Part shown: piece after piece, positions 60,001 to 64,000 of the stretch
Numbering within the stretch: the stretch's first letter is position 1
How the letters are laid out: each line of letters begins with the position of its first letter
Assembly (NCBI RefSeq): GCF_009914755.1
Contig: NC_060932.1
Origin: the human T2T-CHM13v2.0 reference genome, Homo sapiens
Strand: one strand, 5' to 3'
DNA length: 64,000 nt
The notes under the pieces: model-generated
Told to the model about the DNA's origin: nothing
The model's input: only the letters and a program-made list of their open reading frames with translations
Database searches by the model: none
Position numbers and translations under genes: made by a program

Positions 60001-60484
60001 TTACTGGGTCTAATGAATAAATAAATAACCAGGGAAGATTAAAAGAGAGAACTCAGAGGTCAAGGAGGAGCTCCAAAATAATAGGGAAAGTGCCAGGCAG
60101 GATAAACAGAACCCACTCTGTAAGTTTCCTCAGGATTGTCTTCGGTCATCGGAACATATGTTCTGTAGCAGAATACCATAAAAACAAGCATACTATAAAT
60201 AAAGTTTTAAGAAAACTTCAATAATTAATAACTTGGAGATAAAATTGATACGATAACATTACTTGGAGATAGCTAAATTAGCTATTTCAGAACTGACACA
60301 TTCTAGCAGACTGAATCTACATCATTATGGAGCTAGCTCATGAATCCACATTATTAATGAAATGTGAACATCACCCCTTCAATTTGCTCTCTGAGAAAAG
60401 AAAAAACACAGCATGAAGCTTGAGAGGCATTATTAAATAGGAGTTATGAGCACAAACTTTAGCGTAGTGTTTCTCAATCTCATT

Positions 60485-60865
60485 TTCTTTCTTTCTTTCT
60501 TTTTTCTTTTTTTGGAAACAGGGTCTTGCTCTGTTGCCTAGGCTGGAGCTCAGTGATGGAATCATAGCTCCTTGCAGCCTTGACCTTCGGGGCTCACGTG
60601 ATCTTCTTGCCTCAGCCTCCAAGTAGCTAGAACTACATGTGGGTGCCACCATGCCCAGATAATTTTTTTAAAATTTTCATAAAGATAGGGGTAATACTGT
60701 GTTGCTCAGCCTGGTCTTGAACTCCTGGGTTCAAGCCATCCTCCCACCTTGGTTTCTCAAAGTGCAATTTCATCCACTCCCATGATTTTGATGACAACAC
60801 ATATGCTAATGATCTCATTTATATAATGAATCTGAGATTACAGGTGTAACCACTGCCCTCAGCCT
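60485..60865 (-). mobile_element. AluJ-like carrying a 74-bp foreign inverted insert
   Basis: Reverse Alu interrupted at CAAAGTGC|TGAGATTACAGG. Confidence 0.88.
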
Positions 60866-61071
60866 TCATTTTCATTGCACTCCTAAGGAGATATTTTAGA
60901 CATATTTTTCTTAACCAATCTCTCCTTCCCCATGAGATTTTAATTCTATTTGTGTACTATGTGACTGTTTATGTATCTGTCCCTTGGGAGGGCCACAAAC
61001 CTTGGTAATATCTAAGATTTTGTTTTTATCCCCTAAAAATCAATTTCTGCTCTCATTAAGAATACACACTC

Positions 61072-61595
<524 letters not shown>

Positions 61596-62939
61596 GCAAT
61601 TACTCCTTTTCTACTTATATATATATAAGTATAATACTTACACTTATATATATATATATATGATCTTCCTCTCTTTCTTTTCTTTATTTTAATTTTATCT
61701 TGTTACATTTATTTTTGTGAATGTTCACTTTGTGTTTAATAATTTTGCTGCTTATAATTTAGAAAACCTTTTTTAGAGACAAGGTCTTGCTATGTTGCCC
61801 AGGCTGACCTCTAACTCCTAGGCTTAAGCAATCCTCCTGCTTCAGCCTCCTGAGTAGCTAGGACTACAGGTGCGTGCCACGACGTCTGACATAGAAAACA
61901 TTTTATTATTAGTTTTATCCATGATCGTTTTTCCTCTCCATGATGTGTAAGAATGAATTGACTTCATATAAGTTTTATTCAACTGTGTTTAATAAAGCCA
62001 TATTTTTAAAGGAAAAAAAGTAATTCTTTCCCCAAAAACTAGATACCAAAACAAAAAACAAATAATAAAACTAGGTACTAGTTTTCAGAGGCATGCATTT
62101 TATTTCCATGTCTCATATTTTCTGTTTTAGCCTAATGCCCAGACGTTGATTATTTGTAAGCATTACCACAATTCTAGATAAAACCAGAGTTATTTGGTAG
62201 ACTGTTCAACTAAAATTTTAAAATTTTTTCCAAATTTTTAGTATTATATAGCCAACGTTTATTACATGTGTGAAAGTTGGTCAGGTATAAAGTGAGCACC
62301 TGCCCTTGGAGGTCACCCACATCTCAGGATCACACAGCATTCCTAGGAACTTTCACAACATGGTAAAGGCCATTAGTTCTCGTGCAGCTGTGAAGTTGAA
62401 TACTGAGCTACAAATGGTTTCGTGTTCCCATATCAGTAAGCCATGTACCCAGGTATGTCATATCTCCTCCAGTTTGCCTAGATGTAACAATATTTTGCCA
62501 CACATTTCATAGTTTACCTGTGATTGTCAAAATCCTTTATCCACTCCATAGAACTACTAAAGGCTTTAACCAGCAGTTTTGATTATGAAAAAGCAGTGGC
62601 TCAAATTGCTGAACCAGAGTGCTGATTAAATTGAAGCTATTCAAAACATGGATTGATCACTTATTACATATGTGTGGAATACAAAGGTGAATAAACTCAC
62701 AACCCTGACACTAAGCAGCACACATAACCACTATACAAGGCAGAAAGGGATAATGAGACGACACAGGTATGACCACCGTTATCTGAAGCATAGAGGAGGG
62801 GAACAACACATTTAGCTGAGGGGATTGGGAAATGCATTTTGGAGGAGGTGGCATTTGAGAACGGCCATATAGGATTTCAAAGGGCCTTTTAGGAAAAATA
62901 TCTTGGGATATGATGAAATTCCATTCATTTACAAGGCCC

Positions 62940-63380
62940 TGCAAGGGGCGTGCTCTGTCACATACTTTCTCTCTGGAGCTTCACCTGAACATGTTCCTGT
63001 CCTTTCTCTGGTCTAGCCACATAGGCCCATCTTAGTTCCTGGTACCCTCTCTCCTGTCACATGATTTCTACATATGCTATTCCCTCTGGCTGGAACAACT
63101 TTGTACCACCTTTTTACCTATGTAACTCCTAATTATCCTTCAGACCCCAGCCCAAGTGCCACCTCCTCAGGGAAGCCTTGGAGATCAAATCCTCTCACAC
63201 AGGCTCTCATGCCATTCATTTGTATGATCACTTGATTGAAGTCTGTGTGCCCCAGTGGATCATAAGCTCCACGGGGGCACCAACTGTGTGTATTACTTCA
63301 CCTTTGTATTACCTGCATCTGGCAGAATGTCTGACACCTACCAGGTGCTTAATAATTGGTATTGAATGAATACATGAATT
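62940..63380. mobile_element. L2 3' end
   Basis: GCCACCTCCTCAGGGAAGCCTT...GGTGCTTAATAATTGGTATTGAATGAATA. Confidence 0.65.
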
Positions 63381-64000
63381 AATATGAGCCAAGGAAAGCA
63401 CAGAGGTGTGTTTGGAAACTGATAAAAAATCTGGTTTGACCGAAGAAATAATCTTCAAGTTTATGTTCAGACACAATGATGACATACAAATTGTCCAAAA
63501 GTGTTTTTCTGGTAAAATTTAAAAATGGCTCCTGTTTCCCAGTGCATAAGACAATACATTCATGGATAGATTTCTCCACTTAAAGTTTTTCTCCTATATA
63601 TTTTTTCTAAGCATTTGAAGACTTACAGTAGTCACAGTCTCTTTTTTTTGCCTGTAAGCATCAGTGAAGAACAAAATAAATGAATGTACAGCAAAAAATA
63701 TTAGAAGAGAAAAGGTAATCATGATTAGTTTGACAACATAATCATTATAGACATTTGCTCATGGATATTGTATTATACATACATGTAACAGTTGTATTTT
63801 TCATGAGTTAAGTTTTTCCTAATTGATAGGATCCCCTTTCTACTGCAAAGAGGTAGAAAACATTGTTGGCCAGGATCAAACATTCATAGGAAAAATGTAA
63901 GTTCATTAAATCACCCACATAGCTTGAAATATTATAATTTTGCAACTGTGTAGACAAAACATCTGGATGATTAGATACATTTTTCATTTTCATCCGATTG

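Noticed and set aside
61612-61660. 20-bp palindrome TACTTATATATATATAAGTA
   Set aside because: Largely explained by a self-complementary (TA)n microsatellite

Overview
Primate, most likely human, genomic DNA, AT-rich and dense in Alu, L1, L2 and MIR repeats. The only clear gene element is a CpG-island promoter (~27.75-30.6 kb) with a minus-strand non-coding first exon. I recognise this exon from memory as the 5' end of NCOA2 (TIF2/GRIP1); that identification is not database-verified. Positions 1-29.6 kb would then be intron 1, and 30-64 kb is upstream intergenic DNA. The upstream part holds a full-length RPS18 processed pseudogene nested in a MER58 DNA transposon, a decayed ERV-L/MLT2 provirus and old L1 fragments. 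No protein-coding exon is evident; the listed ORFs are repeat-derived or chance GC-rich frames. The most notable observations are: a 24-codon strong-Kozak uORF wholly inside exon 1 whose ATG is also a YY1 motif; two short inverted insertions copied from sequence ~0.7-0.8 kb away, plus an inversion inside the ERV-L; a possible unannotated 3'UTR retrocopy in intron 1; and candidate alternative 5'UTR exons and promoters. I do not see convincing evidence of a wholly new biological system. Repeat boundaries and subfamily calls are by eye and approximate.
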